Source: Sphingobacteriaceae bacterium
GTDB lineage: Bacteria; Bacteroidota; Bacteroidia; B-17B0; Aurantibacillaceae
Direction: 5' to 3'
DNA length: 64,000 bases
NCBI GenBank assembly: GCA_016715905.1
Contig: JADJXI010000004.1
Span: forward strand, 19,705 to 83,704
In this document: positions 10,937 through 21,183 of the stretch, piece after piece
Layout: each line of letters starts with the position of its first letter
Position numbering within the stretch: the stretch's first letter is position 1
The notes under the pieces: model-generated
Databases searched by the model: none
Seen by the model: the letters and a program-made list of their open reading frames with translations, nothing else
What the model was told of the DNA's origin: nothing
Made by a program: the position numbers and the translations under genes

Positions 10937-12070
10937 ATGAGGAAGGATTTGCCCTTTCATTTAATGAGTATGTTATCGGAACGGGAACATAAAGGCTTAC
11001 TCCGTGAATTAAAAACAGATTTTCCTCCTATTGATTTTTGCAGTAACGATTATTTGGGTTTTTCGGTAACCGGAAAATTAAAAAATGCACTAGTACAATA
11101 TCCCGATCAGGATATAAAATCCGGATCTACTGGTTCACGTCTAATTAGCGGCAATTCTTTGTTTGCCGAAAAGTTGGAAGCTAAAATTGCGGCTTATCAT
11201 CAATCGGAAGCCGCTCTTATTTTTAATTCAGGGTACGATGCAAATCTGGCTTTATTTTCTTCCGTACCGCAAAAAAATGATGTGGTTTTGTATGATGAAT
11301 TGATTCATGCTTCTATTCATGACGGAATTAGACTGAGTTATGCAAACCGTTATAAGTTTAAACACAATGATGTGCAGGAAGTGAAGGAATTGATTTTACG
11401 AAATAAAGATACCGCGTACAATATTTTTATTGCCGTTGAAAGTGTTTATTCAATGGATGGTGATTTAGCTCCCATAAAGGAACTTATCGAATTAAGTAAT
11501 TTATTCAAAAACGTTTATTTGATTGTTGATGAAGCGCACGCCATTGGAGTTTTTGGTGAACAAGGAAGAGGATTATGTGCTGAACCGGTAATAGCCAACC
11601 AGTGTTTTGCGCGACTTTATACTTATGGTAAAGCCATGGGATGTCATGGTGCAGCAATTGTTTGTAATCAGGATTTAAAAAAATACCTCATTAATTTTGC
11701 CCGCTCATTTATTTACACCACTGCCTTACCGGCGCATTCATTAAGAACCATTGATGTCGCTTACAATTTAATATCTTCCAATAAAGATCAAGTGAAACTA
11801 CAGGAAAATATTAATTACTTTAATTCTATTTCAGCGGATTTATTTGTAATTAAAAATCAAAGCGCTATACGTTGCCTGATTACCGGTTCAAATAAAAAGG
11901 CGGAGCAATTGGAAACTAAATTAGCAACCGAAGGTATTTATACCAAGGCTATAAAGAGTCCCACTGTAAAAGAAGGTACCGAACGTTTGCGTATTTGTAT
12001 ACATTCGTTTAATACCAAAGAAGAAATGGATAAGCTGGTTTCGGTTTTAAAAAAGAACAGAGTTGAATAA
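10937..12070 (+). CDS. bioF: 8-amino-7-oxononanoate synthase
   Basis: Class II aminotransferase fold with VESVYSMDGDLAP, VDEAHAIGVFG and the PLP-lysine region YTYGKAMG. It sits between bioB and bioD. Confidence 0.9.
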   Translation: MRKDLPFHLMSMLSEREHKGLLRELKTDFPPIDFCSNDYLGFSVTGKLKNALVQYPDQDIKSGSTGSRLISGNSLFAEKLEAKIAAYHQSEAALIFNSGYDANLALFSSVPQKNDVVLYDELIHASIHDGIRLSYANRYKFKHNDVQEVKELILRNKDTAYNIFIAVESVYSMDGDLAPIKELIELSNLFKNVYLIVDEAHAIGVFGEQGRGLCAEPVIANQCFARLYTYGKAMGCHGAAIVCNQDLKKYLINFARSFIYTTALPAHSLRTIDVAYNLISSNKDQVKLQENINYFNSISADLFVIKNQSAIRCLITGSNKKAEQLETKLATEGIYTKAIKSPTVKEGTERLRICIHSFNTKEEMDKLVSVLKKNRVE

Positions 12071-12680
12071 GTACTTTATAACAGGAATAGGAACAGGTGT
12101 GGGTAAAACTGTTGTGGCCGCTGCATTCACCGAAGCACTTAAGGCTGATTATTGGAAACCCGTACAATGTGGTTTGGAAGGAGGCAGCGATTCAAGTCGG
12201 GTAAAACAGTTTGTGAAAAATCAGGTTTCTGTTTTTCATCCAGAAACTTTTGTTTTTAATGAACCGGCTTCGCCACATTTAGCCGCCCTACTGGAAGCTA
12301 AAAAATTAAGTTCCGATCAGTTTATTCTTCCAAATACACAAAATAGCTTAATCATTGAGGGCGCAGGGGGATTGTTGGTTCCGTTGAATGAGCATAATTA
12401 TGTGATTGATTTAGCTGCTGATTTTGATGCAGAAGTGGTTTTAGTTTGCGGCGATTATTTGGGATGTATTAATCATTCTTTATTGAGCATAGATTTTTTA
12501 TTAAAGAACGATTTTAATTTAACGACTTTGGTATTAAACGGAAATTTTCATCCTGAAGTTAAAAAAGCAATTATTAATTACGCGGAAATCCCAAAGTTAA
12601 TTGAGTTACCAAAGGTTGAACAAATCAATGAAGAGGTGATTGGAAATTTTGCAGGTCTAATCAAAAAGCAATTTAATTGA
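12063..12680 (+). CDS. bioD: Dethiobiotin synthase
   Basis: P-loop ITGIGTGVGKTVV, YWKPVQCG and IIEGAGGLLVP. The TTG start overlaps the bioF stop by 8 nt. Confidence 0.9.
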   Translation: MNKYFITGIGTGVGKTVVAAAFTEALKADYWKPVQCGLEGGSDSSRVKQFVKNQVSVFHPETFVFNEPASPHLAALLEAKKLSSDQFILPNTQNSLIIEGAGGLLVPLNEHNYVIDLAADFDAEVVLVCGDYLGCINHSLLSIDFLLKNDFNLTTLVLNGNFHPEVKKAIINYAEIPKLIELPKVEQINEEVIGNFAGLIKKQFN

Positions 12681-13948
12681 ATTTAAGCGAAAAAGATAAA
12701 AAAAACATTTGGCATCCTTTTACTCATCAAAAGGATCGAGAAGATAATATTGTTATTATTAAGGGTGAAGGAGTTTATTTATATGATGAGCAAGATAAAA
12801 AGTATTTAGATGCAATCAGTTCATGGTGGGTAAATTTACATGGACATAATAATCCACATATCAATAAAAAAATTGTCGATCAGCTTTCTAAAATCGAGCA
12901 TTTACTTTTTTCCGGTTTCACGCATGAACCTGCAATAATGTTAGCGGAAAAGCTATTGCAATTTCTTCCTGCTAATCAATCAAAAATATTTTATTCAGAT
13001 AACGGATCTACTGCGGTGGAAGTGGCTATTAAAATGGTATTGCAGTATTGGAACAACAACAATAAAGCCAAAACAATTTTTTTGGCATTTGATGGCGCCT
13101 ATCATGGTGATACTTTTGGTAGTATGAGTGTTGGTGCCCGAAATGTCTTTAATCAGGCATTTGATAAGTTACTTTTTGATGTAGTGCATTTGCCACTTCC
13201 TTCTCAAGCTAATATTGAAGAAATTAAAGCAAGTGTGAAACTTATTTCGAAATCAAATAAAGTAGCCGGATTTATTTTTGAACCTTTGGTGCAAGGCGCG
13301 GCAGGTATGAGAATGTATGAAGCTGAATATTTAGACCAAATCATATCCTTATGTAATGAAATGGATATTTTAACGATTGCAGATGAGGTGATGACCGGCT
13401 TTGGAAGAACAGGAAAGTTTTTAGCTAGCGATTATTTAGTGAACAAACCAGACATTCTTTGTTTGAGTAAAGGCTTAACCGCCGGATATATGCCTCTGGG
13501 AGTAACATCCTGCGCTGATAAAATTTTTCAGGCCTATGTTCAGGATGATAAAACTAAAACTTTTTTCCATGGACATAGTTATACGGCTAATCCATTAGCA
13601 TGTGCGGCTGCTATTGCGGGAATGGAATTAATGGAAAATGAAGCAACGTGGGAAAAGATAAATTTAATCCACCGCATGCATACGGAATTTAAAAATCGAA
13701 TTTCCCCACATAAAAAGCTTATAGATGTGCGAGTAATGGGTACTATTTTGGCATTAGAATTGAATACTCAGGAAAAATCTCACTATTTAAATGCAGCAGC
13801 TGATAAGATTAGCGATTATTTTATAGAAAGGGGTGTTATTTTACGACCACTTGGAAATGTTTTTTATGTTCTCCCTCCTTACGTCATAAACCGCGAAGAA
13901 TTGGAATTTATTTATAAAAACATAATAGATTTTTTAAATAATGAATAA
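12677..13948 (+). CDS. bioA: Adenosylmethionine-8-amino-7-oxononanoate aminotransferase
   Basis: Class III aminotransferase: WHPFT, SSWWVNLHGH, ADEVMTGFGRTGK and the PLP lysine in LCLSKGLTAGYMPLG. The TTG start overlaps the bioD TGA. Confidence 0.92.
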   Translation: MNLSEKDKKNIWHPFTHQKDREDNIVIIKGEGVYLYDEQDKKYLDAISSWWVNLHGHNNPHINKKIVDQLSKIEHLLFSGFTHEPAIMLAEKLLQFLPANQSKIFYSDNGSTAVEVAIKMVLQYWNNNNKAKTIFLAFDGAYHGDTFGSMSVGARNVFNQAFDKLLFDVVHLPLPSQANIEEIKASVKLISKSNKVAGFIFEPLVQGAAGMRMYEAEYLDQIISLCNEMDILTIADEVMTGFGRTGKFLASDYLVNKPDILCLSKGLTAGYMPLGVTSCADKIFQAYVQDDKTKTFFHGHSYTANPLACAAAIAGMELMENEATWEKINLIHRMHTEFKNRISPHKKLIDVRVMGTILALELNTQEKSHYLNAAADKISDYFIERGVILRPLGNVFYVLPPYVINREELEFIYKNIIDFLNNE

Positions 13949-13969
13949 AACAGATTAACTATTTCATTC

Positions 13970-14584
13970 TTATTCAACGGCTGCAGAAATTTTCTTTTCT
14001 TTTTTCTTTTTAATCTTTTTATCAATTTGCCAAATCAATATTCCCGATCCTATGCCGATAATCGCGCCACCTAAAACATCGCTTGGATAATGCACACCTA
14101 AGCGCATGCGTGAATAACCCATCATTCCGGCATATAAATAGGCAGGTACGCTTACATACCATTTTTTATAAGTTAAACTCAGTGCCGTTGCAGTTGAAAA
14201 GGCTCCGGTGGTATGTCCGCTTGGAAAAGAATAGGGACCGGTTTCCTCTCTCTGTATGATTTCATTTGGAAATTCAGTGTATGGTCTGGTTCTGTTTATT
14301 GCATATTTTAGTCCTGTAGTTAAACCCAATGCTAATCCTATGCTTAATGCGCTTTTGTAAGCCTCACTTTTTAATTCTTTATTATTTGAAAAATGTCCGT
14401 GCGCCCAAATGCTAATACAGGTTACCGGCATAACCGGATAGACGGAAAATGAAACTCCTTTCATGCCTTGATCTAATCCGGTATTATTTCCATTGTTCAT
14501 TTCTTTCAGCCAATGTAAATCGTAGTTTTGGCCCTGCTGAATCAATGTAAATAGTAACAATAATAAAATTAAACCTTTTCTCAT
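13970..14584 (-). CDS. PAP2 superfamily phosphatase (membrane acid phosphatase / lipid phosphatase)
   Basis: The three PAP2 motifs are present: KYAINRTRP, PSGHT and SRMRLGVHYPSDVLGG. It also has a signal peptide and TM helices. Confidence 0.85.
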   Translation of the reverse strand: MRKGLILLLLLFTLIQQGQNYDLHWLKEMNNGNNTGLDQGMKGVSFSVYPVMPVTCISIWAHGHFSNNKELKSEAYKSALSIGLALGLTTGLKYAINRTRPYTEFPNEIIQREETGPYSFPSGHTTGAFSTATALSLTYKKWYVSVPAYLYAGMMGYSRMRLGVHYPSDVLGGAIIGIGSGILIWQIDKKIKKKKEKKISAAVE

Positions 14585-15018
14585 TATATGTTAACTTGCA
14601 TTTGTTGGTTTAGCCAGGTTAATGCCTTGTCTCGATCGTCAAAAAATTTGGTTTTAACGGCCGGTTTATTAATCTGAACAAATAAATTTCCTAAAATTTT
14701 TAGAACGGTTTGATTACTGCATAAAGCTAAGGCCGATACATGTTTACTGTATTCTTTGGAGGCCCCGGCCGATCTTGCTCCCGGAGTAGGGTTAAAAGCG
14801 CCTTCTGCTTCTGTCAGTACAAAAAATTTTTTACCGGGTAAATAATTCATTGATAAATTTCTGGAAAGCCAGATGTCATTTTCCGTTAAGCGACAGTCTT
14901 TTTTGATGAGAAATTCCACCAATGCATTTTCATGAACGTGCATCTTAAAGTTATCTTCATCGAAAGTCTTCATTTCATTGTAAATATAAGCAAAGTACAT
15001 TTCTAAAAAACAATTCAC
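14584..15018 (-). CDS. Hypothetical protein, possibly SpoIIAA/STAS-like, co-transcribed with the PAP2 gene
   Basis: The open frame is coupled to the PAP2 gene by a 1-nt TAATG overlap. The true start may be the internal ATG at 14973 (MKTFDEDNF...). I recognised no diagnostic motif. Confidence 0.5.
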   Translation of the reverse strand: MNCFLEMYFAYIYNEMKTFDEDNFKMHVHENALVEFLIKKDCRLTENDIWLSRNLSMNYLPGKKFFVLTEAEGAFNPTPGARSAGASKEYSKHVSALALCSNQTVLKILGNLFVQINKPAVKTKFFDDRDKALTWLNQQMQVNI

Positions 15019-15088
15019 AAAATGTTTAAAAATGTGAATTACTTTATAGGCTTATTTGAGTGCTTCTGTTAAATTTGCAACAAAGAAG

Positions 15089-16042
15089 ATGAATATGGCG
15101 AACGCAGAACATGTAACTTGTTTAATTATCGGATCAGGGCCTGCCGGTTATACGGCCGCAATTTATGCTGCTCGTGCAGATTTAAAACCGGTTATGTATA
15201 CCGGCTTAACTCCGGGTGGTCAATTAACGGAAACTACAGAAGTAGATAATTTCCCGGGATATCCTAAAGGTGTTACGGGTCCGGTTTTAATGGAAGATTT
15301 AAAATCACAAGCCGAACGTTTTGGTACGCAGGTTCGTTTTGGTATGGTTACAAAAGTGGATTTAAAATCGAATCCTAAACGTGCATGGGTAGATGATACT
15401 ATTGAGATCACAGCCGATGCTGTTATTATTTCTACAGGCGCAAGTGCAAAGTGGTTAGGTCTTGATTCTGAATACAGATTGCGCACCAATGCAGGTGGAG
15501 TAAGTGCATGTGCAGTTTGCGACGGTTTCTTTTTTAAAGGGCAAGATGTGGCTATAGTAGGAGGCGGTGATACTGCTGCTGAAGAAGCAACTTACTTGGC
15601 TAAACTTTGCAAAAAAGTGTATATGATTGTTAGACGGGATGAAATGAAGGCAAGTAAAGCAATGCAACATCGAGTGAAAAATACATCCAATATCGAAATT
15701 TTATGGAACTCGGAAACAAAAGAAATTTTGGGACAAGAATTAGTTGAAGGAGCTATTGTTACTAATAAAAAGACAGGTGAAGACCGAAAGTTAGATGTTA
15801 AGGGCTTTTTTGTGGCTATTGGACATAAACCAAATACTGAAGTATTTAAAGGCCAATTAAACCTTGACGAGATGGGATATATTCAAGTAAAGCCGGGAAC
15901 AACTAAAACCAATATAGAAGGAGTTTTTGCAGTGGGCGACTGTGCTGATAAAGTTTATCGCCAGGCTGTAACTGCTGCCGGTACAGGTTGCATGGGTGCT
16001 TTGGATGCTGAAAGATATTTAGCCATGGCTGAAGTACATTAA
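15089..16042 (+). CDS. trxB: Thioredoxin-disulfide reductase
   Basis: FAD motif IIGSGPAGYTAAIYAAR, redox-active CAVCDG, NADPH motif VAIVGGGDTAAEEA and GVFAVGDC. I chose the ATG at 15089 over the upstream alternative start in the ORF track. Confidence 0.95.
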   Translation: MNMANAEHVTCLIIGSGPAGYTAAIYAARADLKPVMYTGLTPGGQLTETTEVDNFPGYPKGVTGPVLMEDLKSQAERFGTQVRFGMVTKVDLKSNPKRAWVDDTIEITADAVIISTGASAKWLGLDSEYRLRTNAGGVSACAVCDGFFFKGQDVAIVGGGDTAAEEATYLAKLCKKVYMIVRRDEMKASKAMQHRVKNTSNIEILWNSETKEILGQELVEGAIVTNKKTGEDRKLDVKGFFVAIGHKPNTEVFKGQLNLDEMGYIQVKPGTTKTNIEGVFAVGDCADKVYRQAVTAAGTGCMGALDAERYLAMAEVH

Positions 16043-16118
16043 AAAAGCACATTTATTCAGCGCGCGCATTAACTCAATTTGTTCATTAATTTGAAATGAA
16101 CTTTTATACATTTATTCA

Positions 16119-19100
16119 TTGAGAATTATTTTCATATTTTTTCTTTTGCCGGTATTTTTTACAGCGCAAAATAAATATCCGACATTATTATGGAAAATTT
16201 CAGGTAAGGGGCTCAATAAACCGTCGTATTTGTACGGAACCATGCATGTCAGTAACAGAGTGGCGTATCATCTTTCCGAAGAATTTTTCAATGCACTTCA
16301 AAGTGTAGATGTGGTAGGTTTAGAAACTAATCCCGGAGACTGGATGGATAACATGGAAAAAACCGGTGAGTTGAAACAAGAAACTGTTTTTTCTAATTCC
16401 TATTTGCAACAACGTGATTTTTACGGTTCTGTTTTTGATGCTAAATTACCCGACAAAAAACTATTACAAAATTTAATTAGTTATGATCCTGATTTAATAA
16501 ATGGCCTACTTTACAGAAGAAACGGCGGTAAAGAAAATTTTGAGGAAAATACGTATATCGATTTATTTATTTTTCAAGCTGCCTCAAAACTGGGTAAAAA
16601 AGTAATTAGTTTGGAAGATTTCATTCAGGCTGAAATTCATTCGCGATTAGCTTCGTTACCCGATGATGAAACAGAGGAGGAATACGGAAGTAGAAACAAT
16701 ATATTTATCCCATTTTCTAAAATTGAAGATGCTTACCGTACCGGTAACTTAGATTTATTGGATAGCTTAAGCAAAAAAGGAAATTCAAAAAACAACCAAA
16801 CGTACTTAATAAATAGAAGAAATGTGTTTTTTGTAAATACAATTGATTCTGTTTTGCAAAAAAATACCATTTTCAGTGGAGTAGGCGCAGCACATTTACC
16901 CGGTGAAGAAGGCGTGATTGAATTACTTAGAAAAAAAGGATATACCTTGGAACCTGTATTTCCGAAAAATAATTCAAAAGCTGATAAAACTAGAGATGAA
17001 ATAGAGGCTATGCGAAAGCCGGTTACTTTTGTAAAGCAATTGGTAACCGATTCAGTTTTTTCAGTTGCAGTTCCCGGTAAATTGTATAGTGTGGTTGATT
17101 TAGAAAATATTAAGTACAAAGTGTTTGCCGATATGGTGAATGGAAGTTTTTATTCAGTTGTACGATTAAAATACAGCGGACCTTTATTTAATATGAATGC
17201 ATCGGCTATGCAAGCCAAAATGGATAGTTTACTTTTTGAGAATATTCCGGGTAAAATAATTTCTAAAAAAGAAATTACATCCAATAATGGATTTAAAGGG
17301 ATTGAAGTAATCAATAAAACGCGAACCGGCGATATGCAGCACTATCAATTCTTCTTCACCGATTTTGATATTACTTTGTTTAAAATGGGAGGAAAAGGTG
17401 ATTATGCTATCGGACCTGATGCAACTAGCTTTTTCTCTTCCATACATTTCCATCCAAAAAAAGAAGAGAAAATATTATTTACTCCTAAAACAAAAGGTTT
17501 TGAAGTACAGATTCCTAAAAATCATTCCTACTTAAAAAATAGCGGAGTTAGTTCTGTGGGTTTGGTAGAAGATGTTCATGCCTATGCTAAAGCCAATAGC
17601 ACTTATTTCGGAATTAAACATGCCGTATACAACGATTTTGATTATATTGAAGAGGATACATTCGAATTAAATATTCTTTCAAGTAAAGTATTAAAATCAT
17701 ACGAATTTGAAGAAAATATTAAAAAAGAATTAATAAAACATCAGAATTTACCGGCTATCCAATTTAGCGGACAACATAAAAACGGTAAAATTTTAAATGG
17801 AAAAATAATCATTAAAGGAGTTCATTATTATTTGTTTTTTACCGTAAATGAGTTAAACACGCAAATGGATCAATCTTTTTTTGAATCCATTAAATTAACT
17901 CCAATTGTAAGCACAGAAATAATTAAGGAGATAGAAGATAAAGATTTTTATTTTAAAGCTACTGACGAAGTGAGCGATAATGCTTCCACTCGATTTAATG
18001 AACTGTATAGGCAAGTGTATGAAAAAGAAATGGGGCATTTAAAAAAGAAAAAAGAAAAGAAAAAGGATATTTATGATTACGACTATCGAACCGAACGCAA
18101 AGCCTATTACTCCCCAAGTAGTAATGAATACGTAAATATTGTTTACGAAAAATTTAATAATTACGATTATAAATCCAATGATGAGTTTGTAGAACTTTTA
18201 GAGAAAAACTTAAAGGGATTACATTCTATTTATCCGTCCAATACCATTAAAAAGTATCATGACGGCGGTATTTTCACTTACCGAACTAATTTAAAAGATA
18301 CTGCATCCAGCAGAGCAATTGCTTTTAAAATGTTGATCAAAAACGGAATGCGATATGAGGTGAGTACTACCTACGATACAATAATTGGATTAGAAGGTTG
18401 GTCTAAAGGTTTTTTTGAATCCTTTCGATTAACGGATACAGTTATTGGATTAGATATTATTAGAATTAAATTTGACCTATTAGTAAATGATTTATTAAGC
18501 TCAGATACTATAAAAAGAAGAGAAGCAAATCATTCTGTTCAACGTTCAATAAACATGCATAAATTTTTTGCACTTGGTTTTATTGAATTATTATCCAACC
18601 CCCGTTTTAATGAAATCAACGAAGATAGCCGGGCGCAATTATTGGTTAACGGAGGAACATTAGAAACGGAAAAAATCATTGAACCTTATAAAAAATTGTA
18701 CCAACAGTATACCGATAGCTTTTATTTGCAATTGAGTTTATTAAAAGGGTTGGCGTATTTAAAAACCCAAAAGTCTTATGATGCATTTTATGAACTCCTT
18801 AGAAATGATGCTCCATTAGTTGGACAAGAAAGTATTATTTCAGATGTATTTCAGGTGTTAAATGATAGTTTAGAATTGTGTAAAAAGTTTTTTCCAAGCA
18901 TGTTAACTTTAACCCGTTATGAGGAATACAGGAATCCGGTATATTCCTTATTAGCTCAATTAATCGAAAAAGAATTGGTTAATCCTAAAGTAATTTCAGC
19001 ACGTAAAGATGATATTTTGGCCGATGCACACCTCACTCAAAAAAGATATAATCCCGGTGTGAAAAATATACCCGGTAACATAAAAGCTTTTGAAAATTTG

Positions 19101-19853
19101 GATAAAGCTAGCAGAGAAATAGCTGAAGTTTTGGCTTTAAACTTAGAAGGGCTTGCCAATAATTCTATTTTTCAAAATACTTCTTTTTTAAAAAACTTGG
19201 ATGCTGTTTCGCGCCATGAATTGGTTAATTATGCCGTAATTCTAATGCCATTTTATAAATCTGATGAGCGAATAAGGCAATACTTTAATCGATTGGATAA
19301 AATTAAATCACAGCATATTAATATGCCTATTGTAATATTGAAACATGAAAATAAAATACAGGGTACTGATACCTTATTTAATTATTATTGTACCAATCTG
19401 GCAACGCGGGCTTATTTTTACAGTGAACTCGAAAAAAGGAAAATCGATTATAAGTTTTTAAAGCGTTATAAAAATCAAGAAAGCTTAAATCAAGCCGTAA
19501 TTTCTATTCAACTTCAATTTGCGAAAATCTACTCATACGATAAAGATAAAAAGCAAATAGATTCCTTGTATCCAATTGAAAACATTCCAGCCATAAACAG
19601 ATATCAAAAGGGAAAATTATATTTTTATAAAATCGGAAAAGAAAGGGGGGAGAAGGAAAAATGGGCCATAGCATTTGTTCAAAATTCAGATAAGGAATTA
19701 ACTGTAGATGTAGATGTAATCAGTTTAAATTTTATACCCGATAAAACTAAAACGCAAACTGAAAATATGCAGCAAGCTGCTAGTGAATTTGCCCTCAGAT
19801 TCAGAAAAAGGGTGTCGCAAAAGGCAAATGACCTTTCCTATTCTTCCTATTAA
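16119..19853 (+). CDS. Very large (1244 aa) TraB/GumN (TIKI-superfamily) domain protein with an uncharacterised extension of about 950 aa
   Basis: TTG start and signal peptide. The N-terminal ~290 aa carry LLWKISGKGLNKPSYLYGTMHV and GVGAAHLPGEEGVIELLRKKGY, the two His-containing motifs of the TraB/GumN family. I see no recognisable domain in the rest. Confidence 0.7.
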   Translation: MRIIFIFFLLPVFFTAQNKYPTLLWKISGKGLNKPSYLYGTMHVSNRVAYHLSEEFFNALQSVDVVGLETNPGDWMDNMEKTGELKQETVFSNSYLQQRDFYGSVFDAKLPDKKLLQNLISYDPDLINGLLYRRNGGKENFEENTYIDLFIFQAASKLGKKVISLEDFIQAEIHSRLASLPDDETEEEYGSRNNIFIPFSKIEDAYRTGNLDLLDSLSKKGNSKNNQTYLINRRNVFFVNTIDSVLQKNTIFSGVGAAHLPGEEGVIELLRKKGYTLEPVFPKNNSKADKTRDEIEAMRKPVTFVKQLVTDSVFSVAVPGKLYSVVDLENIKYKVFADMVNGSFYSVVRLKYSGPLFNMNASAMQAKMDSLLFENIPGKIISKKEITSNNGFKGIEVINKTRTGDMQHYQFFFTDFDITLFKMGGKGDYAIGPDATSFFSSIHFHPKKEEKILFTPKTKGFEVQIPKNHSYLKNSGVSSVGLVEDVHAYAKANSTYFGIKHAVYNDFDYIEEDTFELNILSSKVLKSYEFEENIKKELIKHQNLPAIQFSGQHKNGKILNGKIIIKGVHYYLFFTVNELNTQMDQSFFESIKLTPIVSTEIIKEIEDKDFYFKATDEVSDNASTRFNELYRQVYEKEMGHLKKKKEKKKDIYDYDYRTERKAYYSPSSNEYVNIVYEKFNNYDYKSNDEFVELLEKNLKGLHSIYPSNTIKKYHDGGIFTYRTNLKDTASSRAIAFKMLIKNGMRYEVSTTYDTIIGLEGWSKGFFESFRLTDTVIGLDIIRIKFDLLVNDLLSSDTIKRREANHSVQRSINMHKFFALGFIELLSNPRFNEINEDSRAQLLVNGGTLETEKIIEPYKKLYQQYTDSFYLQLSLLKGLAYLKTQKSYDAFYELLRNDAPLVGQESIISDVFQVLNDSLELCKKFFPSMLTLTRYEEYRNPVYSLLAQLIEKELVNPKVISARKDDILADAHLTQKRYNPGVKNIPGNIKAFENLDKASREIAEVLALNLEGLANNSIFQNTSFLKNLDAVSRHELVNYAVILMPFYKSDERIRQYFNRLDKIKSQHINMPIVILKHENKIQGTDTLFNYYCTNLATRAYFYSELEKRKIDYKFLKRYKNQESLNQAVISIQLQFAKIYSYDKDKKQIDSLYPIENIPAINRYQKGKLYFYKIGKERGEKEKWAIAFVQNSDKELTVDVDVISLNFIPDKTKTQTENMQQAASEFALRFRKRVSQKANDLSYSSY

Positions 19854-19941
19854 CAAGCTTCCTGCTTTAATAAGTGCTATTTCGCTTTTATTAGTTTAAT
19901 TATTACCAATAAAACCGTATTTTTATATGCATATTTCCGGT

Positions 19942-21183
19942 ATGATTCAGTTCCATAAATTTAAATTAAAAAACAATCTTACTGTGATTGTTCATGAAGA
20001 TGAAAGTACGCCCATGGCTTGCGTAAATATCCTTTACGATGTGGGTGCACGCGATGAGTCGGAAGAAAAAACAGGTTTTGCGCATTTGTTTGAACATTTA
20101 ATGTTTGGCGGTAGCATTAACATTCCGAATTACGACGAGCCCTTACAAAATGTGGGTGGCGAAAATAATGCCTTTACCACAAATGATATAACTAATTATT
20201 ACTGTACCGTTCCTGCTGAAAATTTGGAAACCGCTTTTTGGCTGGAAAGTGATCGTATGTTAAGCCTGGCCTTTACCGATAAGAGTTTAGAAGTGCAACG
20301 GAGTGTGGTTATAGAAGAATTTAAACAGCGATATTTGAATCAACCTTACGGTGATGTATGGTTGCTTTTACGTCCTTTGGCTTATGAAAAACATCCTTAT
20401 AAATGGGCAACTATTGGTAAAGAAATAAAACACATTGAAGATGCAAGAATGAGCGATGTGAAAGATTTTTTTAAAAAACATTATACTCCTTCAAATGCAA
20501 TTATGGTTGTTGCCGGAAAAGTTAAACTCGAACAAGTAAAACAATTGTGTGAAAAATGGTTTGAGCCAATTCCCTCCGGCGAAAAACCAAAAAGAGATTT
20601 ACCGGTTGAACCTAAACAAGAAAAAGAACGAGCACTTACTGTAGAGCGTGATGTGCCGGCTACTGCAATTTATAAAACATACCACATGTGTTCGCGCCGG
20701 GATAAGGAATATCATACTATTGATGTTATTTCTGATATATTAAGCAGAGGAAATTCTTCCCGACTTTATAAAAGTCTGGTTAAAGAAAAACAACTTTTTT
20801 CTGAAATCAATGCCTATGTGATGGGAGATTTTGATGAAGGTTTGTTTGTGGTAAGCGGGAAATTACCGGATGGAGTTGATGTAAAATCGGCTGAACTTGG
20901 AATTACCGAAGAGTTAAATAAAATCGCTACTGAAAAAATTGATGACAAAGAATTGAGAAAGTGTAAAAATAAAGTTGAATCTACTTTAATTTTTAGTGAA
21001 ACGGATGTGTTAACAAAAGCCACCAATTTAGCAATTGCCGAATTGTTAGGTGACGCAAATGAAGTTAATACCGAAATCGATAAATACGAAGCTGTTACTG
21101 CTGAAGGCATTTTAGAACAAGCTAAATTATTATTCAACGAAAAAAATTGTAGTACGCTTTATTATTTGGCTAAACAAAAATGA
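19942..21183 (+). CDS. M16 family zinc metallopeptidase (pitrilysin-like), catalytic subunit
   Basis: Inverted zinc motif HLFEHLMF (HxxEH) with downstream E residues (VVIEEFKQR). The start is taken at MIQFHKF; the ORF track begins 5 codons earlier at 19927. Confidence 0.9.
   Translation: MIQFHKFKLKNNLTVIVHEDESTPMACVNILYDVGARDESEEKTGFAHLFEHLMFGGSINIPNYDEPLQNVGGENNAFTTNDITNYYCTVPAENLETAFWLESDRMLSLAFTDKSLEVQRSVVIEEFKQRYLNQPYGDVWLLLRPLAYEKHPYKWATIGKEIKHIEDARMSDVKDFFKKHYTPSNAIMVVAGKVKLEQVKQLCEKWFEPIPSGEKPKRDLPVEPKQEKERALTVERDVPATAIYKTYHMCSRRDKEYHTIDVISDILSRGNSSRLYKSLVKEKQLFSEINAYVMGDFDEGLFVVSGKLPDGVDVKSAELGITEELNKIATEKIDDKELRKCKNKVESTLIFSETDVLTKATNLAIAELLGDANEVNTEIDKYEAVTAEGILEQAKLLFNEKNCSTLYYLAKQK

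Noticed and set aside
9957-13948. The bio operon lacks bioC/bioH/bioG (pimeloyl-ACP synthesis), which could be seen as an anomaly.
   Set aside because: Pimelate-branch genes are frequently unlinked from bioBFDA in many bacteria. Their absence from a 64-kb window says nothing about the genome.
16733-17119. A 128-aa antisense ORF inside the TraB/GumN giant gene, and a 120-aa antisense ORF at 32949-33311 inside the MFP gene. Both are long for an AT-rich genome.
   Set aside because: Their length alone is suggestive, but both sequences look like reverse-frame artefacts (F/S/K/T-rich, no TM or signal logic), and the sense-strand genes are clearly real. I cannot test conservation here, so I do not report them as genes.
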